The position numbers and the translations under genes are program-made. The notes under the pieces were generated by a model that saw only the letters and a list, made by a program, of their open reading frames with translations, made no database searches and was not told the origin of the DNA. Shown here piece by piece: positions 50,103 to 58,230 of a DNA stretch of 59,088 nucleotides. The DNA is from an uncultured virus (IMG/VR IMGVR_UViG_3300044953_000297) (lineage: Duplodnaviria > Heunggongvirae > Uroviricota > Caudoviricetes), in the IMG/VR virus record IMGVR_UViG_3300044953_000297. One strand, 5' to 3'. Each line of letters begins with the position of its first letter. Position 1 is the first letter of the stretch.

Positions 50103-51550
50103 ATGACATTATCCGAAGAACAAATTCAACCAGTTCGGAACCAAGTTTGTGACCAAGTTCGGATCCAAGTTCGGAACCAAGTTTGTGACCAAGTTTGTGA
50201 CCAAGTTCGGACCCAAGTTCGGAACCACGTTTGGCCAAACTTGGTACCAAGTTTTGGACGAAGTTTGGGACCAAGTTTGGAACCGAACCAAGTTCGGAAC
50301 CAAATTTGGAACCAAGTTCAAGAATGAACTTATGACATTATCCGAAGAACAAATTCAACCAGTTCGGAACCAAGTTTTGGACGAAGTTTGGGACCAAGTT
50401 GGGAACCAAGTTCGGATCCAAGTTGGGAACCAAGTTTGGGACGAAGTTTTGGACGAAGTTTGGAACCAAGTTGGGAACCAAGATCGGATCCAAGTTGGGA
50501 ACCAAGTTTTGGACGAAGTTTGGTTCCAAATTTGGAACCAAATTTGGAACCAAGTTCAAGAATGAACTTATGACATTATCCGAAGAACAAATTCAACCAG
50601 TTCGGAACCAAGTTTTGGACGAAGTTTGTGACCAAGTTTGTGACCAAGTTCGGAACCAAGTTGGGGACCAAGTTGGGGACCAAGTTCGGAGCCAAGTTCG
50701 GAACCAAGTTCGGGGCCAAGTTCGGGGCCAAGTTCGGGGCCAAGTTCGGGGCCAAGTTCGGAACCAAGTTGAGAGCCAAGTTTGGAACCAAGTTTGGAGC
50801 CAAGTTCGGGGTCAAGTTCGGGGTCAAGTTCGGAACCACGTTGGGAACCAAGTTCAAGAATGAACTTATGACATTATCCGAAGAACAAATTCAACCAGTT
50901 CGGAACCAAGTTTTGGACGAAGTTTGGAACCAAGTTTTGGACGAAGTTCGGAACCAAGTTGGGAACCAAGTTGGGAACCAAGTTCGGGACCAAGTTTGGA
51001 GCCAAGTTTGGAGCCCAGTTCGGGACCAAGTTCGGAACCAAGTTCAAGAATGAACTTATGACATTATCCGAAGAACAAATTCAACCAGTTCGGAACCAAG
51101 TTTTGGACGAAGTTTGGGACCAAGTTTGGAACCGAACCAAGTTCGGAACCAAATTTAGAACCAAGTTCAAGAATGAACTTATGACATTATCCGAAGAACA
51201 AATTCAACCAGTTCGGAACCAAGTTTGGAGCCAAGTTCGGAACCAAGTTTGGAGCCAAGTTCGGGACCAAGTTTGGAACCAAGTTTGGAGCCAAGTTCAA
51301 GAATGAACTTATGACATTATCCGAAGAACAAATTCAACCAGTTCGGAACCAAGTTTTGGACGAAGTTTGGAACCAAGTTGGGAACCAAGTTTGGAACCAA
51401 GTTGGGAACCAAGTTCGGAACCAAGTTGGGGACCAAGTTGGGAACCAAGTTCGGAACCAAGTTCGGAGCCAAGTTGAGAGCCAAGTTGGGAACCAAGTTG
51501 AGAGCCAAGTTGGGAACCAAGTTTGGAATGTAAAATCAATATTTTTATAA
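50103..51550 (+). repeat. Nested tandem array: seven mini-gene units (ATGs at 50103, 50332, 50570, 50868, 51058, 51181, 51311) built from variable 12-nt NNNNNCCAAGTT repeats
   Basis: Each unit starts ATGACATTATCCGAAGAACAAATTCAACCAGTTCGGAACCAAGTTT ([15 protein letters not shown]). Six end in CAAGTTCAAGAATGAACTT. Confidence 0.95.
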
Positions 51551-51582
51551 AAATCATACTAAACAAGATAAACATCATTAAA

Positions 51583-51650
51583 AAAACACTTGACCACTGT
51601 GACCACCCGTGTTATAGTGGTTTTGTTGTTGGCACACAAGTAAATCAAAA
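51583..51650 (+). promoter_or_regulatory. Repeated promoter cassette P1, copy 2
   Basis: TTGACC-17nt-TATAGT (51590-51618), core identical to 48491-48519. Confidence 0.8.
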
Positions 51651-51667
51651 ATAAAAAACTAAAACAT

Positions 51668-52003
51668 ATGAAGAATAATTCACTGGTTCAATTCGTTCGG
51701 GATCGTAAGGGTCAACCCCGTGGTATGGTAATTGCTACTGTGATTGATAATACTATCCGAGTTGGTTGGAGTTATACTAATACAAAGGCTGGGGACCGAT
51801 TCAATAAGAGTCGTGCATACCAAATTGCACTTGGTCGTGCTGATACTGGTCAGGGTAACAAGGTTATGACCCCTCGTTCGGTTTACAAGGTTATGAACAA
51901 ACTTGCTGTTAGGGCTGAACGATATTATAAGAATGTGCCAATGGAGTCTGGTCATACGAGCTATGTTCCTGCTGACTTTTCTGAAGATATTCGTGGCGAA
52001 TAA
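51668..52003 (+). CDS. hypothetical phage protein
   Basis: VGWSY..GDRFNKSRAYQIALGRA motif; follows P1 copy 2. Confidence 0.65.
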   Translation: MKNNSLVQFVRDRKGQPRGMVIATVIDNTIRVGWSYTNTKAGDRFNKSRAYQIALGRADTGQGNKVMTPRSVYKVMNKLAVRAERYYKNVPMESGHTSYVPADFSEDIRGE

Positions 52004-52028
52004 TTTAAATAATTAATAATTATATATC

Positions 52029-52355
52029 ATGGATCGTTCTAAACAAAAGGGTACATTTACTGGTTCAATTGATGAGCTATTGAAGCGTTGTGCGAGTATT
52101 GATGTAGATAAACTTTATGCTGACTGTGAAAAGAGAGAATGCATTGATGCATTGATGCGAGAGATGGAGTGTACTGAAGAAGAAGCGGACATTCTTTATA
52201 AAGAGATTGCTTTGACTGAAGTAAAAAACACCGTAGACGATCTTGTCAAGGAAGGTCTTGTTGAAATAATTGGGTTTACCGAAGATGGTGAACCGCTGTT
52301 TGATCTGACTGAACTTGGGAAAAAAGCTCAGAATCAAATTAAAAAGGGTAAGTAA
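52029..52355 (+). CDS. hypothetical protein (C-terminal winged-helix-like)
   Basis: DLVKEGLVE..GEPLFDLTELGK. Confidence 0.6.
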   Translation: MDRSKQKGTFTGSIDELLKRCASIDVDKLYADCEKRECIDALMREMECTEEEADILYKEIALTEVKNTVDDLVKEGLVEIIGFTEDGEPLFDLTELGKKAQNQIKKGK

Positions 52356-52370
52356 TAATTATTTTAAGTT

Positions 52371-52447
52371 GGCCTCGTAGCTCAATTGTATAGAGTACTC
52401 GGTTTCTACCCGAAGGGTTGCAGGTTAGAGTCCTGCCGGGGCTACCA
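52371..52447 (+). tRNA. tRNA-Arg(UCU)
   Basis: Cloverleaf: GGCCTCG/CGGGGCT acceptor, GCTC/GAGT D stem, anticodon loop TTTCTAC, GCAGG/CCTGC T stem, encoded CCA. Confidence 0.88.
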
Positions 52448-52649
52448 CTTTTTTGGTAATTTTTCAAATACTAATAATATTTATAAGTTACCTCAAGAAC
52501 TTTTTAAAAGTTCTTGATCTTTGAAAATTGAATGTTAAGATAGTTAAGTAGTAAGCGATTGTTCTTTACCGCATGGTGGGAGAAGCACTCCTCTGGAACA
52601 TCTATGAATGGCGGAACTGCCTCGGCCTTTAACCGAAGGGGGTCACCAA

Positions 52650-52842
52650 ACAAAGAATACAGAAACAGTATATATAAATATGATTTTGCTTGGTTAAAAG
52701 AAAAGATTGATGTAGAAATAGATGGTGGTACACATAAAACAGAAAAAGTTAAAAAAAAATAGATAGTAGAAAAGACGAATTTAGTAGACAAGATGGTTGG
52801 CTTGTAGTAAGATTTGATGCTGACCAAGACAGAAAAATAAAG
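52650..52842 (+). pseudogene. Remnant of a DUF559/Vsr-like endonuclease
   Basis: YKYDFAWLKEKIDVEIDGGTH..(frameshift in A run)..DSRKDEFSRQDGWLVVRF. Confidence 0.65.
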
Positions 52843-52866
52843 TATAATTAATTTAAAATTTGTAAT

Positions 52867-52944
52867 GCGCTTGAAGCCACAGTAGACCGGCAGCAGACTT
52901 TTAATCTGTCAATGGTGAGGTTGCAACTACCTCCGGGCGCACCA
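52867..52944 (+). tRNA. tRNA-Lys(UUU), atypical
   Basis: GCGCTTG/CGGGCGC acceptor, GCC/GGC D stem, GCAGA-CTTTTAA-TCTGT anticodon arm, GAGGT/ACCTC T stem, encoded CCA. Confidence 0.78.
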
Positions 52945-53024
52945 ATTTAAACTGGTAACAACAATAAACAATGAAATCATTTGGACCTACGAAAATGTCT
53001 TTGCCGGATAGTAGCATCATCTGA

Positions 53025-55358
53025 ATGAAAACTATTGCTTCAAAGAACACGGTAGTCAACAGTCCGAACCTCACTTCGTCTGGCTTCACGATTCGTCAAA
53101 AGAATCTTGCCAAGATCATCAATATTGTTGAGAATGACATCTATTCCGACAAGATTCTTGCAGTTATTCGTGAGTATAGCTGTAACGCCTATGATGCCAA
53201 CGTGGAAGCTGGCAAGCGTGATGTGCCCATCGTGGTGAATATGCCTAGTCGGCTCAGTCCCGAGTTCAAAGTGCGTGACAACGGAAATGGATTGACCGAG
53301 CAGGAAATCCATGAGGTCTACACGTCCTATGGTGAATCTACCAAGGAAAACAGCGACGACTATATCGGTCAGCTTGGTATCGGCAGCAAAAGCGGTTTTG
53401 CTTATGGTGACAATTTTGTTGTAACCAGTTGGAAGAACGGCACCAAGACGGTTTACAACGCCGTCAAGGGCAGCGACGTGCGTGAAATGGTGAAGCTCTA
53501 CAGCGAGCCTAGCAACGATCCGTCTGGTATCGAGGTCAGCATTCCCGTCAAGACTGGCGACGAAGCTGTTTTCAAGAGCAAGAGCATAAATTTCTTCAAG
53601 TATTGGCAGACCCAGCCTCACATTGTTGGTGTTTCCGAGCAGGAAACCAAGACCACCGATGTTGTGATCATTGACGGTGGTGACTGGAAGGTGGTGGATA
53701 CTGAGAACAGTTATGCCAGAAACCATCGGGCTATTGCCATCATGGGCAACATTTCGTATCCTATTCAGTGGGATTTGGTTATGGAAACGCTGAACAAGAA
53801 CAATCGTTGCGACTTTCGCACCAACAGCATTGTGCGATTTATCACCAACAACAGCGTGGTGATTCGTTTCAAGATTGGTGAAATTCAGATGGCTCCCAGC
53901 CGTGAGGCTTTGCAGTACACCGAGCATACTGTTAGCAATATCGTCAAGAAACTGGAGCAGATTTGCGGCGAGCTTGAAAACATTTTGATTGCGCAGATAA
54001 ATTCTGCCAAGACGTTGTGGGAATATAAGTGCAATATCAATTGTGTGTTCAGCCGTCAGGTCAAAGGAGACCGGTATCTGAGCAATTATGGCTTGCTGGA
54101 AAACCTTGAGCTTATCTTTGAGCTTGTGAAGCCCAAGCTGACGTTCAACGGTGTCAACGTGTTGAATCCAAATTATGATGGTATGAACGAGTGGGATCGC
54201 AATCTAGGCAAGGTTAACATCGAAGAACGAGTCAAGAATTTCACCAAGGCGTTTGATCCGCTCGTTTATGCCTACAGCTTGACCGTCCGCAACAAGCTCA
54301 ACATTGAGACTGCCTCTCATACCAATCATCTTTTCAGGTTTACTGCGAGTGATCGTAACCAGATCATGATTATGGATATGGACCGCAAAACGCACGTCAA
54401 GCAGTGCCTCAAGTGGTACATTGGCACCAACAACATTGGACGTTTGTATGTTCTGTACTTCGGCAATGATGCTGTCAAGACTTCGTTCTTTGCCAAGAAT
54501 GATATGTCTGGTGCTACAATCGTGAAGTTCAGCGACGTGTTTGCCAAGTTCAAGCCGCTCATTCCTAAGCGTAAAAGCACTGGAAAGCTGGAGGATAATA
54601 CCGTCAAGTGCGGTATTCTCAATCCCACCAACCGCTTTAGCTATTACAGTCGCAATACTCTTGACAAACTCTGGGAATATCGTTCCGAGGTGAACCTCAA
54701 GACTGAATCTGGATACTATTTGGATTACAGCAACAACGAGTCTGTTACCATCAATGGCGAGAAGATGGGTGTGTGTATGTTTATGGGAGTTGTGAATGAA
54801 CTGCATTACGAGCGTATTTTGAATCTGACGCACATCAACAAAGTGCATGGTTTTGGTACGACGATTATCAACGGCAAAAAGTTTGCCCAAAACAAGTCGA
54901 ACTGGACCAACATTGTTGATTATATTGAGACTGAATTGAAGAATCTCAACAAGGATGAGTATGTATTTTCTGCACTTATGAATGAGCGCATCGAGAAGTT
55001 CGATCTGAATCTGTTCTACATCCATAAGGGTGTGCTCAATCAGTTTGTGACTCGTCTGACTCATGACAATATGTTTTCTGATCTGTATAAGATAATGCCC
55101 GAGATTAGTGAGAGCACCAATGAAAAGATGAAACTTCTGGAGCGTATCAAGGTGTCGTGTGTTCAAACCTATCACCAAAAGGCTCTCAAGCAAAAAATTG
55201 AGAACGGTTTCAATTTGATTGCTGCCAAGTATCCCATGCTCAAGACTCTGATTATGTCGTTCAATTGGAACAATATCGACACCATGCTTCAGGCGTCAGT
55301 CGTTGATGAGATTGTCAACTATATTAATTTTGTTGACAGCACCACCAAGAAGGTGTAA
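53025..55358 (+). CDS. rIIA: rIIA-like protein (N-terminal GHKL ATPase)
   Basis: IYSDKILAVIREYSCNAYDA, VRDNGNGL, YGESTK, IGQLGIGSKSGFAY, PSREALQY; adjacent to rIIB. Confidence 0.88.
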   Translation: MKTIASKNTVVNSPNLTSSGFTIRQKNLAKIINIVENDIYSDKILAVIREYSCNAYDANVEAGKRDVPIVVNMPSRLSPEFKVRDNGNGLTEQEIHEVYTSYGESTKENSDDYIGQLGIGSKSGFAYGDNFVVTSWKNGTKTVYNAVKGSDVREMVKLYSEPSNDPSGIEVSIPVKTGDEAVFKSKSINFFKYWQTQPHIVGVSEQETKTTDVVIIDGGDWKVVDTENSYARNHRAIAIMGNISYPIQWDLVMETLNKNNRCDFRTNSIVRFITNNSVVIRFKIGEIQMAPSREALQYTEHTVSNIVKKLEQICGELENILIAQINSAKTLWEYKCNINCVFSRQVKGDRYLSNYGLLENLELIFELVKPKLTFNGVNVLNPNYDGMNEWDRNLGKVNIEERVKNFTKAFDPLVYAYSLTVRNKLNIETASHTNHLFRFTASDRNQIMIMDMDRKTHVKQCLKWYIGTNNIGRLYVLYFGNDAVKTSFFAKNDMSGATIVKFSDVFAKFKPLIPKRKSTGKLEDNTVKCGILNPTNRFSYYSRNTLDKLWEYRSEVNLKTESGYYLDYSNNESVTINGEKMGVCMFMGVVNELHYERILNLTHINKVHGFGTTIINGKKFAQNKSNWTNIVDYIETELKNLNKDEYVFSALMNERIEKFDLNLFYIHKGVLNQFVTRLTHDNMFSDLYKIMPEISESTNEKMKLLERIKVSCVQTYHQKALKQKIENGFNLIAAKYPMLKTLIMSFNWNNIDTMLQASVVDEIVNYINFVDSTTKKV

Positions 55359-55414
55359 GATTATAACAAGACGAATAAAGTAGGTCGGCTAAACAAAAAA
55401 ACAAAAATAAACAT

Positions 55415-56515
55415 ATGATTAGTACCAGTATCAGCACCAACAGTATCACCGTGGTTGTTATTGACGACTCCGGCAACAAGGTTTACACGCTCGCTCGCAG
55501 CCATCCCAATTACGATGCTGTGCTTGAGGCGGTTCGCAACAACGACGAAGCCAGCATTCACAGTTTGTGCAACGTCGCCAAGTCGATTGAGAATTTTGCC
55601 GAGGGCAAGGTCCGAGTCGAGAACGGTCACGTTTATTATGGCAATCTGCTGCTTGAGGGAATTATTGTTGAGCGCATCCTTGGTTTCATCAAGGAAAAGC
55701 TTCCGGTCATTCCGTTGCTCAAGTTCATCAACAAGCTCTACGAGAATCCGTCGAGTCGTGCCACCAGCGAGCTTTACAAGTTCCTTGAGCACAAGAACAT
55801 GCCTATCACTCCCGACGGTAACTTCCTTGCCTACAAGGGTGTGCAGAGCGATTACTTCAGCAAAACTGCTGGCAACATCGAAGTGCTTCAAGGCAAGGTG
55901 GTTGACGGCAAGATTTTCAACGGTGTCGGCGAGACCATCATTGTGAAGCGCAATCAGGTCTGTGACAACAAGGAAGTGGGTTGCAGCAAGGGTCTTCACG
56001 CCGGTAGCGTCGAGTATGCCACCGGTTTTGGTGCTGGTGGCAAGGTTGTGATTGTTGAAATCAACCCCGCCAATGTGGTCAGCATTCCTACGGATTGTGA
56101 GTGTCAGAAGCTTCGTGCTTGCGCCTACAAGGTTGTGGGTGAATTTGAGGTTCCGCTCAACGACAATTATTGCGATGCTTATTGCGATGATGAAATCGAC
56201 CGCGACGGTGAAGTGGACGGTGAAGTGGACGGTGAAGTGAACGGTGAAGTGAACGGTGAAGTGAACGGTGAAGTGAACGGTGAAGTGGACGGTGAAGTGG
56301 ACGGTGAAGTCACTGTTGAGGGCGTGCTGGACTCAGCATATGCCGACGGATTTGACTCTGGTTATGACGACAGTATGAACCACAATCGTTTCTGCAACCA
56401 AGAGGTTGATCTGGAGTCTTTTGTTGAAGGTGTTGTCACCAAAGACGAGTATACCGATGCCTGGAAGAAAGGTTATCAGGCCGGCTACGATGACGGTGTG
56501 GTTGATCGAGACTAA
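55415..56515 (+). CDS. rIIB: rIIB-like protein
   Basis: LYENPSSRA..ELYKFL..PITPDGNFLAYKGV..CSKGLHAG..INPANVVSIPTD..KLRACAYKVV. Confidence 0.88.
   Translation: MISTSISTNSITVVVIDDSGNKVYTLARSHPNYDAVLEAVRNNDEASIHSLCNVAKSIENFAEGKVRVENGHVYYGNLLLEGIIVERILGFIKEKLPVIPLLKFINKLYENPSSRATSELYKFLEHKNMPITPDGNFLAYKGVQSDYFSKTAGNIEVLQGKVVDGKIFNGVGETIIVKRNQVCDNKEVGCSKGLHAGSVEYATGFGAGGKVVIVEINPANVVSIPTDCECQKLRACAYKVVGEFEVPLNDNYCDAYCDDEIDRDGEVDGEVDGEVNGEVNGEVNGEVNGEVDGEVDGEVTVEGVLDSAYADGFDSGYDDSMNHNRFCNQEVDLESFVEGVVTKDEYTDAWKKGYQAGYDDGVVDRD
56204..56311 (+). repeat. 9 x 12-nt in-frame tandem repeat, (D/N)GEV, within rIIB
   Basis: (G/A)ACGGTGAAGTG units: DGEV x3, NGEV x4, DGEV x2. Confidence 0.95.
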
Positions 56516-56536
56516 CCCATAAAATATAAAATATAA

Positions 56537-56578
56537 CAAATCACAAAGCGAAGCAGCAATGCTTCGCTTTGTGATTTG
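56537..56578. other. Perfect 19-bp inverted repeat with GCAA loop
   Basis: CAAATCACAAAGCGAAGCA-GCAA-TGCTTCGCTTTGTGATTTG. Confidence 0.85.
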
Positions 56579-56588
56579 AAGTAGCCAT

Positions 56589-56777
56589 ATGAAATACAGA
56601 CATATTATAAAAATACACACGGTGCTTGATTACGGCGAACTTGAGAATGTAATGAATGACTATGGAAAAGAAGGTATACGTGTCATAAAGGCAGAATTTA
56701 TGTGCGATTCATTTGAAAAAGGTAGACCCATGAAAAAATTTGTATTATACTTGGAGAAGAAGTTAAAATCTAAATAA
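56589..56777 (+). CDS. hypothetical protein
   Basis: ATG-initiated ORF in the gene run. Confidence 0.55.
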   Translation: MKYRHIIKIHTVLDYGELENVMNDYGKEGIRVIKAEFMCDSFEKGRPMKKFVLYLEKKLKSK

Positions 56778-56969
56778 TAGTTAAGTTATGAAACAAAAGT
56801 ATTTAAGAACACAATTCCGTGGTTAATTATTGTATTTTTTTATATCTATCGTTGGCTTGTGCTATATTTGCTATAAAACATCCGTGGCCAACTGATATGG
56901 AACGATTTATCCATATAGGAGATGCTTTAACATTTAAAAAGATATCATACAAAGAAATGCGTGGCGATT

Positions 56970-57221
56970 ATGAAAAATAATATAATGGAAATTATTGAAG
57001 ACAACGAATTACTTACAATTGATGGTTATGATGATTGTATTGTAGGTATTGGTTATAGAGCCGGCACTCAGTCAACATATGTTGTATATAATACTCAGAA
57101 GATTATCAATAAACTGATGAAAGATGGTATGTCATATCACGAAGCTGTGGATTTTCATGAATTCAATCAAGCTTGTGCTTGGGTAGGTGACAAAACTCCT
57201 GGGTTTGTAGACACACATTAA
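56970..57221 (+). CDS. conserved small phage protein
   Basis: DGYDDCIVG..VVY..DGMSYHEAVDFHEFN..AWVGDKTP motif. Confidence 0.7.
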   Translation: MKNNIMEIIEDNELLTIDGYDDCIVGIGYRAGTQSTYVVYNTQKIINKLMKDGMSYHEAVDFHEFNQACAWVGDKTPGFVDTH

Positions 57222-57559
57222 TGAAATTATTCTACGGAATATCACTTTTAATCATTGTTTATATAATTGCTTGGCACCAATTGTACGGTCAATTTATCAA
57301 CGATTTTTTTAAAAAGCATCAAACTATACTGATACTGTTAAGCGTTCCTTGCACATGGGCATCTATACATGCTATTCGGTTTATAACTGAACATTTTAAA
57401 GGCGAAATATGGCCAAATAGAATACTAACATTCAGTATAGGAATTGTTATGTTCACACTACTGACTACTATTTATTTTAATGAACGAATAACAACAAAAA
57501 CATTAACATTAATTGCACTAAGCGCTTTAATTGTTATACTACAAGTTTTTTGGAAATGA
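57221..57559 (+). CDS. small multi-pass membrane protein (SMR/DMT-like)
   Basis: Four hydrophobic segments in 112 aa. Confidence 0.65.
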   Translation: MKLFYGISLLIIVYIIAWHQLYGQFINDFFKKHQTILILLSVPCTWASIHAIRFITEHFKGEIWPNRILTFSIGIVMFTLLTTIYFNERITTKTLTLIALSALIVILQVFWK

Positions 57560-57747
57560 ATGCTATAATAAAAAAAGATATTAATTGTATTACGACACAA
57601 TTTGAAAAATGTGTTATTTGTAATATTGAAACCGATGTTCCTGTTAACGAACATATTGATTTTAGAAAAAATTATATAGAAGGCGGCGGACAATTTTGTG
57701 AACAATGTTACATCGATTTAGATACTAAAAAATATATAAAATTATGA
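57556..57747 (+). CDS. small zinc-finger protein
   Basis: CVIC..HIDFRKNYIEGGGQFCEQCY. Confidence 0.65.
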   Translation: MNAIIKKDINCITTQFEKCVICNIETDVPVNEHIDFRKNYIEGGGQFCEQCYIDLDTKKYIKL

Positions 57748-58139
57748 ACAAATCAACCAAACCAAACGCTTTTATATTTAAAGCTTTAATTGAAAATGAA
57801 TACAAACTTTGTGTATGTCCAAGAATAGACGGACAGTGGAGTGAAAAAGATATTGTATATATAAAAGACAACCCCTATACCACATTTGATGATGTATTAG
57901 ATAATGTTTTATTTAGCGTATTATTTGTGGGATATGAAGAAGATCCAACTGTTGTAGGTGGACTTAAAATTAGCCATGTAAATAGTAAATTTATGCGTAG
58001 TGATAAGGATACATCTCAAGATCTTTATCAACGAGATTTATTCTTTAGTACCGTAGAGAAAGGATATCAACAATTTTATGAACAACCAGAACAAACAAGC
58101 TGGGAAAGGATCGAAACCCAGACCGGTGAAAAAAAGTGA
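57744..58139 (+). CDS. hypothetical protein
   Basis: ATGA overlap with the previous gene. Confidence 0.6.
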   Translation: MNKSTKPNAFIFKALIENEYKLCVCPRIDGQWSEKDIVYIKDNPYTTFDDVLDNVLFSVLFVGYEEDPTVVGGLKISHVNSKFMRSDKDTSQDLYQRDLFFSTVEKGYQQFYEQPEQTSWERIETQTGEKK

Positions 58140-58199
58140 ATATGATTCTAATTATGATGCAATAAATTGGAATCGTAAAGATAAAAAAAAAATAAACAC

Positions 58200-58226
58200 C
58201 CGCCAATAATAAATTGGCGGTTTTTT
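58200..58226 (+). terminator. Rho-independent terminator
   Basis: CCGCCAAT-AATAA-ATTGGCGG followed by T6. Confidence 0.75.
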
Positions 58227-58230
58227 AATA

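Noticed and set aside
50103..51550. CRISPR array
   Set aside because: The segments between constant junctions are themselves 12-nt repeats of very unequal total length, not unique spacers. The units keep open reading frames and there are no cas genes in the window.
50103..51550. Diversity-generating retroelement (AAC varying to GAC, AGC, GGC, ATC, ACC looks adenine-specific)
   Set aside because: The adenines of the CAA codon are nearly invariant, the first codon varies at non-A positions, and no reverse transcriptase or template repeat is visible in the window.
50109..51578. Alternative-frame and antisense ORFs in the array (TKF, EPS, PNLV, GSQL repeats)
   Set aside because: They are by-products of a stop-free 12-nt unit. 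Only the xxQV frame has a repeated ATG and stop.
1060..52760. Programmed frameshifts at about 1070, 21712, 22068, 36045, 47197 and 52755
   Set aside because: All lie in homopolymer runs, typical of sequencing indels. They cannot be supported without reads.
52447..52944. Group I intron with endonuclease interrupting a tRNA
   Set aside because: Both flanking tRNAs are complete on their own and no group I core was recognised.
53040..55999. Long antisense ORFs opposite rIIA/rIIB
   Set aside because: Explained by the sense-strand codon bias; no recognisable motifs.
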